Shown piece after piece: positions 62,971 to 64,000 of a DNA stretch of 64,000 bases. Source of the stretch: Eubacteriales bacterium (GTDB lineage: Bacteria; Bacillota; Clostridia; Oscillospirales; CAG-382); contig JAZNZY010000017.1 of assembly GCA_045595165.1 (NCBI GenBank), forward strand, positions 6,689 through 70,688. The letters are read 5' to 3'. A program made the translations under genes and the position numbers. Positions within the stretch are counted from its first letter, which is position 1; every line of letters begins with the position of its first letter. The notes beneath the pieces were generated by a model. That model saw only the letters and a program-made list of their open reading frames with translations. It was not told where the DNA came from and ran no database searches.

Positions 62971-64000
62971 TTATTTTGCGAATTCAATCTCCCAAAGGTG
63001 ATCAAGAGGTGAAGAATAGGGATTGATCTCGGAAGGCAGGGAAGCGGGATCGATCACGTTGCTGTTGTAAGCGTACAATACCATTCTCTGGTATACGGGA
63101 AGTTCAACTGCGAGATCGAGAATATAACCCATAGCTTCTTCGTAAAGCTCGGTACGAACTTCTCTGTCATCGGTTTCGCGGGCATCGTCGATAACTTCAC
63201 TCAGTTTATTGAGTATGGAGTTCTCAACGGGATAACTTGCGGGATTCGCAAGTATCGCATCATAACCCCAGGAAAGAACGCTGGTAGCGGTAGAGTTCTT
63301 GTGATATACCTGATAAAGGTCAGGGTCAACGGTAGAGCCCCAAGCAGCTGCCCATACGGAAAGAGAACCGGTGCTCAGCTTGGTAAGTGCGTTGGAGTCT
63401 GCTACAACCTCAACGTCCCAGCCGCACTCGTTCAGAAGCGCTGCAGCGGCACGGAAGGTCTGGTAAGTGGGGTGATCGGTAAGGTTTGCGCCTGCAATGG
63501 TAAAGCGGATGGAAAGCTTGGGATCGTTTGCGGAAACGCCTGCAGCCGCCATATAATCCTGGATAGATGTCTTTGCGTCCTCTGCGTTAAAGCTTATAGC
63601 GGGGTAATCGTGACCGTTATCACGGCTGTTCTTTCCGGAATCATCCTTGGGATATGCCCAGCTTACGGTGGACATAGGCCAATAGATAGTTTCAGCCATG
63701 CCTGCACTGTAGTAGCTGAGTGCAAGGCTGGTATCCATAGCACACATAATTGCTTTACGAAGATTGATATCGGGAATTTTCTTGGCATTGATACCGATAT
63801 AACCGTAACCGAGCTGCTGTGTCCAGGTCTTCTTAATGCCCTTGCTTTCAAGAGAATTAAGCTTATCTATATTATTCTGAGTAAACTGAGGAGTTACAAA
63901 GTGAACAGAGCCGTTTTCAAGAGTGTTAAGAGCATCGGTAGAGCTTACTACCTGATAACGTACCTTATCTATCTTGGGAGCGCCGAGAAGGAAGGTTTCA
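62971..64000 (-). CDS. Peptide ABC transporter substrate-binding protein (family 5), partial; N-terminus lies outside the window
   Basis: I translated the frame by hand from 63747 to the window edge and it stays open (..ETFLLGAPKIDKVRYQVVSSTDALNTLENGSVHF..). SBP family 5 pattern. First gene of the operon. Confidence 0.85.
   Translation of the reverse strand, partial: ETFLLGAPKIDKVRYQVVSSTDALNTLENGSVHFVTPQFTQNNIDKLNSLESKGIKKTWTQQLGYGYIGINAKKIPDINLRKAIMCAMDTSLALSYYSAGMAETIYWPMSTVSWAYPKDDSGKNSRDNGHDYPAISFNAEDAKTSIQDYMAAAGVSANDPKLSIRFTIAGANLTDHPTYQTFRAAAALLNECGWDVEVVADSNALTKLSTGSLSVWAAAWGSTVDPDLYQVYHKNSTATSVLSWGYDAILANPASYPVENSILNKLSEVIDDARETDDREVRTELYEEAMGYILDLAVELPVYQRMVLYAYNSNVIDPASLPSEINPYSSPLDHLWEIEFAK

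Overview
This is a chromosomal segment of a spore-forming Firmicute, probably a Clostridia or Oscillospiraceae-like gut anaerobe. Evidence: a CotF-like coat protein, GGAGG ribosome-binding sites (RBSs), many near-consensus TTGACA-17-TATAAT promoters, a THF riboswitch and about 45% GC by eye. The window is densely coding with about 60 genes.

Main contents:
- A THF-riboswitch-controlled folT-folC operon.
- Two ECF-like sigma factors with large fused C-terminal domains. Both are preceded by the same 12-nt box.
- A complete CUT1-type sugar ABC transporter.
- tRNA-Pro(CGG).
- Housekeeping genes: ruvX, ppiB, guaB, glyA, purA, glnN, nagB, bcp, sfsA and citrate synthase.
- Scattered glycan-degradation genes: GH20, GH35, GH2, a GHL10-like protein and an SGNH esterase.
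- Cell-envelope genes: a D,D-carboxypeptidase, acyltransferases and a class B sortase.
- A lone Na+-translocating decarboxylase beta subunit with a structured leader.
- A peptide ABC (Opp/Dpp-type) operon that runs off the right edge.

I saw no CRISPR array, transposase, integrase, prophage or recognisable defence system.

Most interesting for follow-up:
1. A low-GC four-gene cassette at 35912-39419: an AraC/GyrI regulator, a stand-alone GyrI-like binder and two paralogous unknown proteins.
2. The shared ACCGAACCTTTT...CGAC box upstream of both extended sigma factor genes.
3. A roughly 41-nt palindromic REP-like repeat present three times at two distant intergenic sites.
4. A terminator-containing leader upstream of the orphan oadB-like Na+ pump gene.
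5. A promoter, 36-codon sORF and terminator arrangement in front of a low-GC methyltransferase.
6. Small ORFs below the 60-aa cutoff of the ORF track.

All homology calls rest on motif and sequence recognition by eye. No searches were run.
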